Source: Eledone cirrhosa (Eukaryota). Taken from it: DNA of 64,000 nucleotides. The notes beneath the pieces were generated by a model, which was not told the DNA's origin, did not search any database, and saw only the letters and a program-made list of their open reading frames with translations. This document shows positions 39,442 to 53,228 of this stretch, one piece after another. Both the position numbers and the translations under genes were made by a program. Position 1 is the first letter of the stretch. The number at the start of each line of letters is the position of its first letter. The stretch covers positions 45,570,001 through 45,634,000 of the forward strand of contig OZ024750.1 in NCBI GenBank assembly GCA_964016885.1, given 5' to 3'.

Positions 39442-39690
39442 GGTTTCTTATATAGGCACAAGGCCAGCAATTTGAGGGAGGGGAAAGTCGGCTAAATCGA
39501 CCCAGTGCGTGACTGGTATTTTATTTTAATATTTTAATACATTATTTTAGTTCAAATCCCGCCGAGGTTAACTTTGCGTTTCATCCTTACGTGGTAGATA
39601 AAATAAAGTACCAGTAATACACTGGAATTGATTTAATCGACTTTCCCCTCCCCCATATTTGATGGTCTTGTGACTATATAAAAACCATTA
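37041..39690. mobile_element. SINE cluster: about 8 copies (37041-37208+, 37518-37697+, 37700-37890-, 38040-38225+, 38250-38400+, 39231-39412+, 39445-39520-, 39550-39690+)
   Basis: Repeated GAGTTCAAATCCCGCCGAGGTT..GCCTTTCATCCTTACGGGGTCGATAAA..GTACCAG..GGCCTTGTGCC. TSD ATTATTGAAT around the first copy. Confidence 0.88.
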
Positions 39691-41109
39691 TTACTATTAT
39701 TATTATTGATGTAGTAGTGTTTTTTGTTTCTTTATCTGCAGTATACGTAATCTGAAAGTCTTCAGTAGCTTCACATAATATCTTCATATTTGTCTCTTCT
39801 GTTTTTTTATTATTAATTTTTCGATTATTTTTCTATGTATGATATCATTTCTCTATTGATTTCTTTATGATGATGATAATAATAATGTGTATGAATAATA
39901 ATGATAATAATAATATTAAGAATACCAACAACAATGATAACAAGAAATACAATAATGAAAAACGTAATAAAGTCATGTAGAATAATGAATGTCAGCGTCA
40001 TACCCTTACATTATATACATCAATGTAACGTAACAATACATTCTAGACAATCAAATACATGTGTATTAAATATCGTGGCAGTATATAGAAATTTAAGAAT
40101 CTACGTGATGCGCAAACAAGTGTTCAGTAATTATTTTCTTAAAATGCTATCGGGAAAGTGAACGTAAACACGACAACAAAAATCATTTTAATCCTTATAC
40201 AAATCACAAATTTGTATTCACGATTTTTCTATTCATTTAAAGGATTTATTATATAAGACTGAAATCCTGAACAAATGTTTCGTTTTTATCTTTTCACACT
40301 ATCATGTTAAGTATGTTATGTGTCCTCGGTGTTTTTATTTTTATTCAAATATCAATACATTAAATACTTTCTATTAATTTCTATGTATTCTGTTTAAACT
40401 ACTTTTAACAATGGTTGCGGGTATTTATTTTATTTCAAATGCAGCTATATTCAATTGATCACCACATACAGCTTAACTAAATTGTTATCACTGATTTACC
40501 ATTTTCGAAGTTGTAATATGTCTGGCAACAATGCACGTGATTTAGAGGTTAGGGTGTTGGATTCATAACCTTAAGGTCGTAGGTTTAATTCCCAGACTTG
40601 GCCGCGAGTTTTGACCCCGAGAAAAATAATTCATTTCATTTTTCAATCGAGAAAGATGAACAAAAAGCACACAACAAAAAACAAAGACAAAAACAGCGTA
40701 ACGGGTACCAAGTTGTACGGACATCTGCTTTCACTGTTGGTCAACATTGCTGATGAGTATTGCGGAAATGAGAACCTATGGGTGACTTCTGGTTTTTAAC
40801 AAAATAACTATACCAATTATGGCAGCTTGAAAACTAATTCTCCAGATGGAAACCCTTCATCATTGATTGATAATCAAATGGGCCCTGTATTATTTGAATC
40901 GCAGTCTAAGCTGATTTAAATTCAAATCTTGTGTTAAAACTGAAAAAAAAAATAACATTATAAAGAGACAGAAATGCGAAACATACATACACTGTTATAC
41001 ATGTTGGTTTCAATTTGTTGACCACGGGTTCACTCTAGTCTTCTTAGAGAAATGGGGCAGATGGCAAGGTGGTGGATAATATCGAAGATAAATACTAAAG
41101 TATCATATG

Positions 41110-41330
41110 GTTTCTTATTTAGACACAAGGTCAACAATGTGGGGTGGGGGGTGGGGTGGGGGTCAATTAAATCGACCCCAGTGCGTTATGGTACTTTATT
41201 TTATCGACCCCCAAGGATGGATAGTAAACCTAACCTCGCTGGGATTTGAACTTAGAACACAAAGAACGGTAATTATATGCCGCAGAGCATATTGTTGGGC
41301 ACTCTACCGATTACTGATAATCCACCACCC
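41110..41330 (-). mobile_element. SINE (longer subfamily)
   Basis: GGTACTTTATTTTATCGACCCC..GGATTTGAACT..CTCTACCGA..TCCACC. Confidence 0.8.
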
Positions 41331-41593
41331 TTGCTGCTAAAGTATCATATGTTATCAGAACATTGTCATTTCTATGCATGAGAGTTTGTTTTGGATATGC
41401 TGCTGATGTGATTGTTTCTTCGCCTTATATCTAGTGTAGTATGTATTTGTTAGGTTAACTTAAGGTTAGGTGTATGGACAATAACTTTGATTTCGTGGAT
41501 AATATTCGTTTGGAGTGTCAGATTCGTTTGAAGACAAATCATTTGACAGTTATGGTTGTATACATATATATATATATATATACATACATATAT

Positions 41594-41897
41594 ATCACAG
41601 AAAAAAGAGAATCAGTGTTGCGACGAAAGGAATTTATTGGACATATTACAATTGTTTCTCGGGCCACCAGCTCGAGGCACGATCGATGTGATCAAACCTG
41701 ACTCTGAAATCGTGGGGTCCTCGGATACGTCTCGATTCTACGAAGCAGATTTTCCTATAGAGAAACAAACGTAATATGTCCAATAAATTCCTTTCCTCGC
41801 AACACTGATTCTGTGATATCATACTCTGCTTTATGAGGGCATCGAGTGCTCATACGGCCTACCTCATACGGACACTTTAAGCATCCATCACCAATTA
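41594..41897. mobile_element. Family H inverted element; hammerhead at 41640-41731 (-) with one core mutation
   Basis: Arms 41608-41649 / 41771-41812. Minus strand GACGTAT CCGAGGA ..GAAA CAATTG TA ATATGTC. Confidence 0.7.
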
Positions 41898-41910
41898 TAT
41901 ATATATATAT

Positions 41911-41980
<70 letters not shown>

Positions 41981-42021
41981 ATGCGAAGTAGTTTCAGATG
42001 TTAAAGTCCTTTATTGGTAAT

Positions 42022-42095
42022 GCTGTGATACATATTTCAATGACGACATTGCCACACCATTCCATGTTCCTAGTGTCGTGACATCATCAGACAGC
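42022..42095 (-). ncRNA. Type I hammerhead ribozyme (family N)
   Basis: Minus strand GCTGT CTGATGA tgtcACGACA..TGTCGTcatt GAAA TATGTA TC ACAGC. Confidence 0.78.
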
Positions 42096-42456
42096 TTCTT
42101 ATATAATAAGGTTACGTTCCCAAGGCAATCCAAACAGAAACGACAAGGGAACGGACAAGGCGTGTGTTCTTGAATCACCTGCCCGTTCCCCTGCGGTTCG
42201 CAATCCAGCTCCGCAAGTCTGCGCAGACGCAAACGGAAGTTTGACCATCCACTACACCAAACTCACACACATATATATATATAATCTTCCTCCGTAATCC
42301 TTTCCTTCTTTTTTCTTTTTTCTTTCTTCATCTTCCTTACCCTTCTCCCCTTCCTTTCCTTTTTCCAATCTCCTATATCCTTTTAAATGTATTTATATGT
42401 TGTTTAGACACGACCTTGCTCACAAGTATCTTTTTAAGCTTCATATCATGTCTCCC

Positions 42457-42527
42457 TATTTTATCTGATGAGAACGCAAATATCGTCCCTAGATGATATT
42501 TGTTTTTGAAATGCGCATAACAAAATA
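42457..42527 (+). ncRNA. Type I hammerhead ribozyme (diverged family B copy ~42435-42565)
   Basis: TATTTTAT CTGATGA gAACGCAAATATCGTC-ccta-GATGATATTTGTTTTT GAAA TGCGCA TA ACAAAATA. Confidence 0.78.
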
Positions 42528-42594
42528 CGTGGAACTTTTTTAACCATCTTTTTATTTCTTCTTATATATATATATATAAGTATACTTATATATA

Positions 42595-42760
42595 TAGTCT
42601 CCTGCACTAGTTCCTGCTCCTTACATGTAAGGGTTCTGATGTTCCAGGTTCCAATTGTCAAGGTTTACACTCTTCCGGTACCTGTTTGATGCCTCGGGAT
42701 ACGCAATATTTCTGCTACAGGGGTCACCCATTGCTCCATCTATCCTAGAGGATTGTCGTT
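42595..42760 (-). mobile_element. LINE 5' fragment (endonuclease start)
   Basis: LTIGTWNIRTL..KEQELVQE. Confidence 0.65.
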
Positions 42761-43007
42761 TGTAGACATTAAACAGTATCAACAAAAGAAACCGTGTACA
42801 GTGATGTCATATATTACTGAAACACGTGACATGGTAGGAAAAGTGTATTTACCTTTTGGACCCTAATCCTTCAGAAGTTTGAAATAAGAAATAAAAGAGG
42901 AAATGCATGTGTATAGGTGGTGCTATTAAGTTAGACATGGCCTGGGCCAATACTGGCCGAAACCTATCAAAGTTATCAAAGTAAATATCCTTAAATATAT
43001 ATATCCT

Positions 43008-43251
43008 AAAATGCAACTGGAGTCTTTTCAAGAATATTTATTTTAAGAATATTTACTTGCTTTGCATCGGATGTGAGACCAGCCACAAATCCTCCATTTC
43101 AATTTTACTTTTGAAAAGCATAAGAACTGTGAAACCGGTAAAGGAAACAAATAAATATTCTCAAAAAGACTCCAGTTGCATTTTCGATTTATTTTTCTTA
43201 TACTTTCACTCGTGTAGGACATCTCGCTTTTTTCATAAAAAAAAACCTCAT

Positions 43252-43257
<6 letters not shown>
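43008..43257 (+). mobile_element. Family K inverted element with 3' half of a hammerhead
   Basis: Arms 43008-43041 / 43151-43184; GAAA CCGG TA at 43131-43140; ends in (TA)n. Confidence 0.5.
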
Positions 43258-43329
<72 letters not shown>

Positions 43330-43596
43330 GCAAAGTGTGACATATGATGCAAAGCTTTTGTCACAACATATCAGCATTTATGCGTTTATATATTTCTGGT
43401 AGTAAAAAACTAAACCAAATTTTCTCATGCAATCTGAGTCGATATGAAATAAAGGTTCCATTAATATAATATGTCATTGGAATTTACCAAATCAGGTAGC
43501 CATTGTAAAGATTTTGTTGCTGTTTTGATTATGTGCCACACTCTATGTCTATCTATTTCTCTATCTACATCTTTAAGTTCTTTTACTTCTCTAACA

Positions 43597-43687
<91 letters not shown>

Positions 43688-43897
43688 GCTCTCTCCCTCT
43701 CTCTCTATCTCTCTCTCTCTCTCTGCATATCTCCGTGCCACCCCCATAAATGTATGTATATATATAGATATATACATACAAAATACAAACAAAAATACAC
43801 ATCCACAATCAAACACGCACGCACGCACACACACACACACACACACATACACATACATACAAGAGTATTTATATATATCTTTACATAGATTGATATA

Positions 43898-43988
<91 letters not shown>

Positions 43989-45148
43989 GGATGGATGTAT
44001 GTTTATACATCCATCTTACGTACATATCTAATATCGTTTGTGTCAGTAAGGAATGGTCGATGCTGTACTGATAATCTTCGTAAACCAATATTATATATAT
44101 ATAATATATATGTGTGAGCCTGTGTGTTTGCGTGCGTGTGTGTGCATGTATTATGCTTATCTGTTTTTGTGTATGTGCTATATACAATGGCTATTCTACG
44201 CCAATCAGCAAACAAACAAGTATGTGTATATAAATAACATCAGCAACAATAGGTAAGCTAATATTGGATTGACTCAGCAGCGCGGCCGAACGACCGAGAG
44301 AGTGAGAAACTTAGTGAGAAATAGAGAGTAGGTGTTACATGTATGTAAATATGTAGAAATAGAGAGAGATATATCTAGTGAATGACAGAGTATGCGGGTG
44401 GAAGATTGAACGAGAGAAGAGGGAGAAAAAGAATTGATTTCCACGTTTGTAATTCGCCAAATAGAAAGCGTCTATCGTATTTGCTGTAGCAAACACATAA
44501 CTAGATAAAGCAAATCGTGAAAACGAATCAAATAGCCATCGAATAGAAAGCCGACACTAAACTGAGACAAACAGTAGATGAGTATAAGAGGTGGTAGAAG
44601 CAGGGAAAGGGTGAAATGAAGGAAAGTAATGGGGCTGACGAAAGCAGAAAGAAATGATGGTGGGCGAAAGTAAAGTAAGGAAATATGGTAGGATAGACAG
44701 AAGATGACAGTAAGGAGGGAATGAATCCAGGGAAAGAAAGAATGAAGGAAATGGTGGAAAGAGTGTAGAAATGAAATGGGTGAGGATGATGGATTAAGGT
44801 AGCAGAGATGTAATGAAATCCGTTAATCTTGGCGTTTATGTAATGGGTTTCTATTGCTGATGTAGTGCCGGTTATTGAGATTGCAATCTGGATGTATGTT
44901 TGGTTGCCTGTCTTAGACAAACATGCAAAAAATGGAGGAAGTAACAACAGAGGGAGTGAAGGGAGGGCTGAGAGAAAGAAAGGAGAGAGGGGGAGCATTA
45001 AAATTTGAAAGAGTTTGATGCAAGTGAAAGATGGCATTCCATCCGTTGGTAAAGCCGGGCAAAGTGGTAAGCGAAACACTCAAACAACTGCAAACTACAA
45101 CAACAAATACATTAACAGGAAACATGTATATTTATATATGTCTATACA

Positions 45149-45212
<64 letters not shown>

Positions 45213-45213
45213 G

Positions 45214-45299
<86 letters not shown>

Positions 45300-45321
45300 T
45301 ATATATATATATAAATATATA

Positions 45322-45364
<43 letters not shown>

Positions 45365-45407
45365 TGTATATATATATATATATATATATAAATTGTATAT
45401 CTCTCTC

Positions 45408-45492
<85 letters not shown>

Positions 45493-45755
45493 AAGTGAGA
45501 GAGCGGGGGAAAAGCAACTACAGCAACAACAACAACGACAAACCAAGCATGATTTAGGATACACCGACATAGATAAAGAAGGAGAAAAGAAAGAAGAGAA
45601 CGAAGAAGTATGTGATGATGAAGATGACGAATGTTATGATGATGTGGCTGATAATGGTTGAGAGGAAAGGAATTTATAGTAGACACTTTTGGTTACTATT
45701 TAAGTGTTGGTGAGTTACAGCATTGTAGAGAAGGATATATGCGTTTTATAGGAAC

Positions 45756-45820
<65 letters not shown>

Positions 45821-45918
45821 TATAGATGTGTATATATATATATATATATATATCTGTTCCTATAAAACGCATCTATCCCTTACTCTCTCTCTCTCTATAT
45901 ATATATATACATCTATAG

Positions 45919-46007
<89 letters not shown>

Positions 46008-46042
46008 TGTGTGTGTCTCCATATATCTACCATATGTATATA

Positions 46043-46101
<59 letters not shown>

Positions 46102-46145
46102 CATTTCTTTATTTGATTATCCCTTCATCTATTCCTATGTCTTAT

Positions 46146-46185
<40 letters not shown>

Positions 46186-46225
46186 TTCTTTCTCTCTTGT
46201 GGCAAATAAAGAAATCTCTCTCTCT

Positions 46226-46277
<52 letters not shown>

Positions 46278-46696
46278 ATGTGTGTACGGTGAGGCACAGT
46301 CACACACAAACACTAAAACGCACGCACTATCTATCTAACTATATATCTTTCTATATATCTCTCTATCTCTCTATCTACTTTTCTATTTGTTCCCATACAC
46401 ACACACAAACCCACTGTCACACACACATATACACATGTCTGTGTGTGTGATTGTGTGATTGTGTGACTGTATGTGTGTGTGTGTGTGATAGTGTGTGTGT
46501 ATATGTATGTGTGCGCGTGTGTGTGTGTGTGTCTGTGTCTGTGTAAACAAATAGAAAATATAGGTAGGTAGATAGATAGATAGATAGAGATTTTTGATAG
46601 AGAGATAGATATGTAGAGAGATTGATAGAGAGATATATAGCTAGCTAGATAGATAGAGAGATAGATAGGTATATAGATAGCTAGATAGATATGTAG

Positions 46697-46785
<89 letters not shown>

Positions 46786-47239
46786 GAGAGAGAGAGAGAG
46801 AGAGATATGTAGATAGATATATAGGTAGATAGATAGATAGAGAGAGAGATAGGTAGATAGATACATAGAGAGAGAGAGATAGCTAGATAGATAGAAAGAA
46901 GCTTTGTTTGGGCTGGATAACAGCAAATAATAATAACAACAATAACAATAACAATAAAAATAACACCTATAATAAAACAATAAAAAAAAATCACAGAATC
47001 TCAGAAATCCAGAATCAAGACTGCCAACTCAAAGACATTTTACCGTTTTGCTGTCTCTGCCAGACCTCATTACCATGTGTCAGCCTCGCTTAGGCTGAAC
47101 AGAGAGAATGTAATAGCCGTGTAATGATGTTTTCATGTACTTTTAAAATTACATTTAACTGAAAACAGACTTGCCAATAGATATTAGCGACGTAAAACAT
47201 GCAATGGACGAATGAAATTGTTTAAAAGCACTGCAAGGA

Positions 47240-49342
47240 AACGGCAGACATATTGTTGTGATGTAGAGTTGTGACGGTTGTACGTCTGTTGTGTCTTGTT
47301 GTAGAGTTGTGACGATTGTACTTGCATTGTGTTGTTGTATAATTGTGACGGTTGCACTTCTGTTGTTTTGTAGAGTTATGGCGGTTATACTTCTGTTGTG
47401 CAGTGAAGTGTTGTGTTGTGTTGTGTTGTGTTGTGTGGTTGTGACGTTTGTACTTTTGTTGCGATGTATTGTGTTGTGTTGTGTTGTGTTGTGTAGTTAT
47501 GGTGGTTATACTTCTGTTGTGTTGTGTTGTGTAGTTGTGATGGTTGTACGTCTGTTGTGTAGTGGTCACGGCTGTACTTCTATTGTGATGTGTTGTGTTG
47601 TGTAGTTGTGACGGTTGTACTTCTGTTGTGATGTGTTGTGTTGTGTAGTTGTGACGACTGTACATGTGTTGTGCAGTTGTGATGGTTGTGGTGATTAAGG
47701 TTGTGGTGGTGATGGTTGTGGTGATGATGGTTGTGGTGGTGATGGTTGTGGTGGTGATGGTTGTGGTGGTGATGGTTGTGGTGGTGATGGTTGTGGTGAT
47801 GATGGTGGTGGTGATGATGGTTGTGGTGGTGATGGTTGTGGTGATGATGGTTGTGGTGGTGATGGTTGTGGTGGTGATGGCGGTGGTGGTGATGGCGCTG
47901 GTGATGATGTTTGTGGTGGTGTTGGCTGTGGTGGTGATGGTTTTGGTGGTGATGGTTGTGGTGATGGTTGTGGTGATGGTTGTGGTGGTGATGGTTGTGG
48001 TGATGATGGTGGTGTTGATGGTTGTGGTGGTGATGGTTGTGGTGATGGTTGTGGTGATGGTTGTGGTGGTGATGGTGGTGTTGATGGTTGTGGTGGTGAT
48101 GGCGGTGGTGGTGATGGTGGTAGTGATGATGTTTTGTGGTGGTGTTGGCTGTGGTGGTGATGGTTTTGGTGGTGATGGTGGTGTTGATGGTTGTGGTGGT
48201 GATGGCGGTGGTGGTGATGGCGGTAGTGATGATGTTTTGTGGTGGTGTTGGCTGTGGTGGTGATGGTTTTGGTGGTGATGGTGGTGTTGATGGCGGTGGT
48301 GGTGATGGTTGTGGTGATGATGGTTGTGGTGGTGATGTTGTTGGAGGTGATGGCGGTGGTGGTGTTGGTGGTGGTGGTGATGGTTGTGGCGGTGATGTCT
48401 GTGGTGTTGATGATGGTGGTGGTGATGGTTGTGGTGGTGATGGTTGTGGTGGTGATGGTGGTGTTGATGATGGTGGTGGTGATGGTTGTGGTGGTGATGG
48501 TTGTGGTGGTGATGGTGGTGTTGATGATGGTGGTGGTGATGGTTGTGGTGGTGATGGTTGTGGTGGTGATGGTGGTGTTGATGATGGTGGTGATGGTTGT
48601 GGTGGTGATGGTTGTGGTGGTGATGGTGGTGTTGATGATGGTGGTGGTGATGGTTGTGGTGGTGATGGTTGTGGTGGTGATGGTTGTGGTGGTGATGGTG
48701 GTGTTGATGATGGTGGTGGTGATGGTTGTGGTGGTGATGGTTGTGGTGGTGATGGTGGTGTTGATCATGGTGGTGGTGATGGTTGTGGTGGTGATGGTTG
48801 TGGTGGTGATGGTGGTGTTGATGATGGTGGTGGTGATGGTTGTGGTGGTGATGGTTGTGGTGGTGATGGTTGTGGTGGTGATGGTGGTGTTGATGATGGT
48901 GGTGGTGATGGTTGTGGTGGTGATGGTTGTGGTGGTGATGGTGGTGTTGATCATGGTGGTGGTGATGGTTGTGGTGGTGATGGTTGTGGTGGTGATGGTG
49001 GTGTTGATGATGGTGGTGGTGATGGTTGTGGTGGTGATGGTTGTGGTGGTGATGGTAGTGTTGATGATGGTGGTGGTGATGGTTGTGGTGGTGATGGTTG
49101 TGGTGGTGATGGTGGTGTTGATGATGGTGGTGGTGATGGTTGTGGTGGTGATGGTTGTGGTGGTGATGGTTGTGGTGGTGATGGTGGTGTTGATCATGGT
49201 GGTGGTGATGGTTGTGGTGGTGATGGTGGTGTTGATCATGGTGGTGGTGATGGTTCTGGTGGTGATGGTTGTGGTGGTGATGGTGGTGTTGATGATGGTG
49301 GTGGTGATGGCTGTGGTGGTGATGGTTGTGGTGATGGTGGTT
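47240..49342. repeat. GT-rich satellite: degenerate ~40-bp units (47240-47680) grading into a (GGT/GAT/TGT) trinucleotide array with 15-bp and 48/63-bp higher-order units
   Basis: GATGGTTGTGGTGGT repeats, punctuated by GATGGTGGTGTTGAT(G/C)ATGGTGGTGGT. Confidence 0.95.
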
Positions 49343-49388
49343 CATACATTATATGAAAATAATTTACTTGATGATGAAGTTATACATT

Positions 49389-49575
49389 AATTGTTTCTAT
49401 TTTAGGCACAAGGCCAGCAATTAACCAGTACATTACTGGTACTTTATTTTATCGACCCCGTAAGGATGAAAGGCAAAGTTAACCTCGCCCGGATTTGAAC
49501 TCAGATCGTAAAGGGACGTAACTATGCTGGAAAGCATGTCCGACCCTCTACCGATACTGCCAATCCACCGCCCTT
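49389..49575 (-). mobile_element. SINE with 17-bp TSD
   Basis: Full consensus; TGAAGTTATACATTAAT on both sides. Confidence 0.88.
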
Positions 49576-50004
49576 CATTCACCTGAAGTTATACATTAAT
49601 ATCTGTGTGATTGTGCTGGCGTTGATGGGGAATCTGCTAGTGCCTGATAGTAGTTTTGTCGTAAGTCAGCCCTAAACCAGTAGACACACGTTCAAAGCCT
49701 TTCTTCCGTAACAGTTCTGTTCACTTACTTATACAGAAACAGCGGACTCGTCCTTTGCTAAAATGAAAGTTTGGGTTATGGTGAGATTGGGCTGCTATTT
49801 CTAACATTCCAAGCAACCTTACAATGGTTTGGATTGTGGAAATAAAGGAAACTTTCTTATAAATATTAGTGGTAGATAGTCAACAACTCTCGAACATCCG
49901 ACAACACAGTTGATGGCATAGTGTTACGACCTTTTACGCTCTGAGCTCAAATCCTACCAAGGTTAGCTTTACTTTTCTTCCTTGAGGGATAGACACAATT
50001 ATAA

Positions 50005-50007
50005 GTT

Positions 50008-50050
<43 letters not shown>

Positions 50051-50190
50051 AAGTAGTGGTGGTGGTAGTAGTGGTGGTAGTAGTTTTAGTAGCAGTAGTA
50101 TTAGTAGTAGTAGTAGTACTGGTATTAGTAGTAGTCGTGGTGGTGGTGGTGGTGATAGTAGTAGTAGTAGTAGTAGTAGTATTGGTGGTA
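50005..50190. repeat. (GTA)n/(GTG)n microsatellite
   Basis: Direct reading. Confidence 0.95.
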
Positions 50191-51021
50191 GCGTCGTTAG
50201 TGGGAATGTTGACGTGTTTAAGGAGGTCTTAACACAGAGATTTTAACTTAACCCTCGAACATTAACAGCCCACCAAACAAGGTAGCAACACAGTTGTTTT
50301 GTCTGCTAGAAATAGCAGCAATATCTCAGTAAATCACATGTTGGATAATATGACGCTGCATTCTTTGAACAAAGGAGAAAGAATGTACATGGATGAAACG
50401 TATTGCATCATTGGTCTGCTTCATGAAGTAGCTGTAAAATATATCTTAGTGTCTGGTAAAGGAAAGACGTTAGATGAAACAATGTAATCTTATTTTCTGT
50501 ACCGATCACCCATCCGTGCCCGACAAAACCTTCTACTCATCGCCAGCTTTCTGAGCTCCCTAACAAAATCCACTCCAGCATCATCCATCAGGTAAAATAT
50601 AACAATATCGAAACAGCTCATACTTGAAAAATTCATGAATGAATCTAAAATTAAGTATTCGTGTCACAGGAGAAACATTTTACAAGTTTTAGCAATTCAC
50701 CCACTGTCGTCGACTCCGTCTCTCTCGCCCTCCCCATTTCTCTGTATTATGAGCAAATGGGACCCACGTGTTAGCGGCCCCACAGCCCCGGCGGACAGAA
50801 TGGAGAACGCGTTTCCTCCGTCTACCCATATGTGTGTGTATCCATCGGAAGGTTATCATAGAATGGACTCCCTTCCTATCACCTCATAGTGAATAACACT
50901 GTGACCTGCTAGTTTCATTTTCTTCTGCTTTTTTCGTTCTAATTGGAAATTGCTGATATAAGTCTCTGATTGTGATTTTCGATCTCCATACAACAGTATG
51001 TCCCTTGCACATCATTATTGT

Positions 51022-51516
51022 ATGGATTGGCAGTATCGGTAGAGGGTCGGACGCTATGCTTTCCAGCATAGTTACGTCCCTTTACGATCTGAGTTCAAAT
51101 CCCGCCGAGGTTGACTTTGCCTTTCATCCTTACGGGGTCGATAAAATAAAGTACCAGTAATGTACTGGGCAATTGCTGGCCTTGTGCCTAAAGTAGAAAC
51201 AATTATTGTATAACAGGCATCGACTGTTGGTTTCTAGTCGTAAATAAAATATAATTAATACATAAATGTGGTAAGAGAACTAACTCAGTTAATCCAGTGT
51301 AATTGTATATTCTAAACATGGCGGTGGATAATGATTACCGGTAGAGCGTCGGACATCAAGCTTTGCAGCTTAGAGTAATGGCGCTTTAGGTTCTCTGTTC
51401 AAATCACGGTGGGATTAGCTTTGCCTTTCATCCTTATGGGGTCGACAAAATAAAGTACCAGTCACGCACTAACCCCTCCCACAAAATAGATGGCCTTGTG
51501 CCTATAGTAGAAATTA
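51022..51516 (+). mobile_element. Two SINE copies (51022-51205, 51320-51516)
   Basis: Consensus match; TSD ATTATTGTAT around the first copy. Confidence 0.85.
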
Positions 51517-51931
51517 TCAAATATTCTAAGCAACATACAAACCAACATAACCCCCCCCCCCAAAAAAAAAAGTATTATTACATTGAAATGTCCCTTTTAC
51601 TAAAACAAAGAAGTCAAAAAGCTACATGCACCTTAATTTTGTGTAACCTTGAAATTATCTGTTTGTTCTTACTGTGTCCATTAAAATCACTACATTTAAT
51701 ATACAAATGTTCATTTATTTCATAAATCTTATTGACTCGGTGCAGTAGCAGGAAAGAAAACCAACGTCCAGTATGTACCTCTGTCGTAAGCATTAGCTGA
51801 AAATTAGGACTATGAAAATACCTTAGATTATCCCCGAACATGTATCGTATAAATAATTAATATATGTCTAACTATACGTAAAATCATATATACACACAGA
51901 CAAACAGAGACGCACATGTCATTTAGCTAAT

Positions 51932-52023
<92 letters not shown>

Positions 52024-52055
52024 CGTGTGTGTATGGTTGTGTGTGTGTATGAATG

Positions 52056-52078
<23 letters not shown>

Positions 52079-52087
<9 letters not shown>

Positions 52088-52645
52088 TAAAAAAATAATG
52101 AATAAAACAATGAAACAGTTCCTTATATTAAACAAAAAAAGTTCATTATTTAACGATCGTTTCTGGGATATATATGTGTTAGAATTGGCATGTATATTTA
52201 ACAGATCTATGTACAAAATTATACAAAATTATACAAACTATCAAAATTAAATACACATACCAACTCATATATATGCCGTCTTCAGAAATAATAATATTAT
52301 TTCTGAAGACGGCATATATATGAGTTGGTATGTGTATTTAATTTTGATAGTTTGTATAATTTTGTATAATTTTGTACATAGATCTGTTAAATATACATGT
52401 CAATTCTAACACATATATATCCCAGAAACGATCGTTAAATAATGAACTTTTTTTGTTTAATATAAGGAACTGTTTCATTGTTTTATTCATTATTTTTTTA
52501 ATATTTTATCTTGACTCTGTATTCCGTTTATCTTTCACCGAAACTGATTTTTCATTGCATCTCTTCTTTCCATGATATCCGGATTACATTGAGTTCTTCA
52601 TACGGATTGGACACTACCGTAAACTCTTGGTAGATTTATCTACAT
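52079..52645. mobile_element. Family D fold-back element, ~215-bp arms centred at 52294, plus 3' tail
   Basis: CAGAAATAATA-a-TATTATTTCTG centre; homologous to 31368-31690 and 33087-33272. Confidence 0.9.
52296..52443 (+). ncRNA. Type I hammerhead ribozyme with ~115-nt stem II (family D); mirror copy on minus strand
   Basis: ATTATTT CTGAAGA cGGcATATATATG-AGTTGGTATGTGTATTTAA..TTAAATATACATGTCAATT..CATATATAT-CCca GAAA CGATCG TT AAATAAT. Confidence 0.8.
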
Positions 52646-52669
52646 ATATATATATATATATATATCAGG

Positions 52670-52965
52670 AAAACTCTGATATAACACCTGCAAATCTGAT
52701 GGTATCCAATGATGTTGACTTGTTCTTTTTGGTAGATATCATCTTGGTTAAGAGAGTGGGACTGGCTTTGTGCAGTGCCTTAGCTCACTATAAAAGCTTC
52801 ATGGCACAGGCATTGCTTTATATCTGGAGATCCCTCTGCACTTGTCGTCACATGGTGCCATGGGCCCAGCACTATGTGTCAATAATTGTCACGAGTTTAG
52901 TGTTTGTACCAGAGTTTTCAAGTCGCTGACTGGACTAAAAAGTCACACTCGTTCAGCGCAACGGT
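52670..52965 (+). mobile_element. Old LINE 3' end with C2H2-like finger remnant
   Basis: One frame reads ..[19 protein letters not shown], typical of the C-terminal zinc finger of RTE-like ORFs. Heavily decayed. Confidence 0.45.
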
Positions 52966-53080
52966 AGGGGTTCTCCTACATGGATATAAAGTAGTGGCCG
53001 TACACGAAAACGAGTTGGCAGTCACCATATATATATGTATATATGTATTTATACATATGTAAATACACACACACACATAC

Positions 53081-53228
<148 letters not shown>

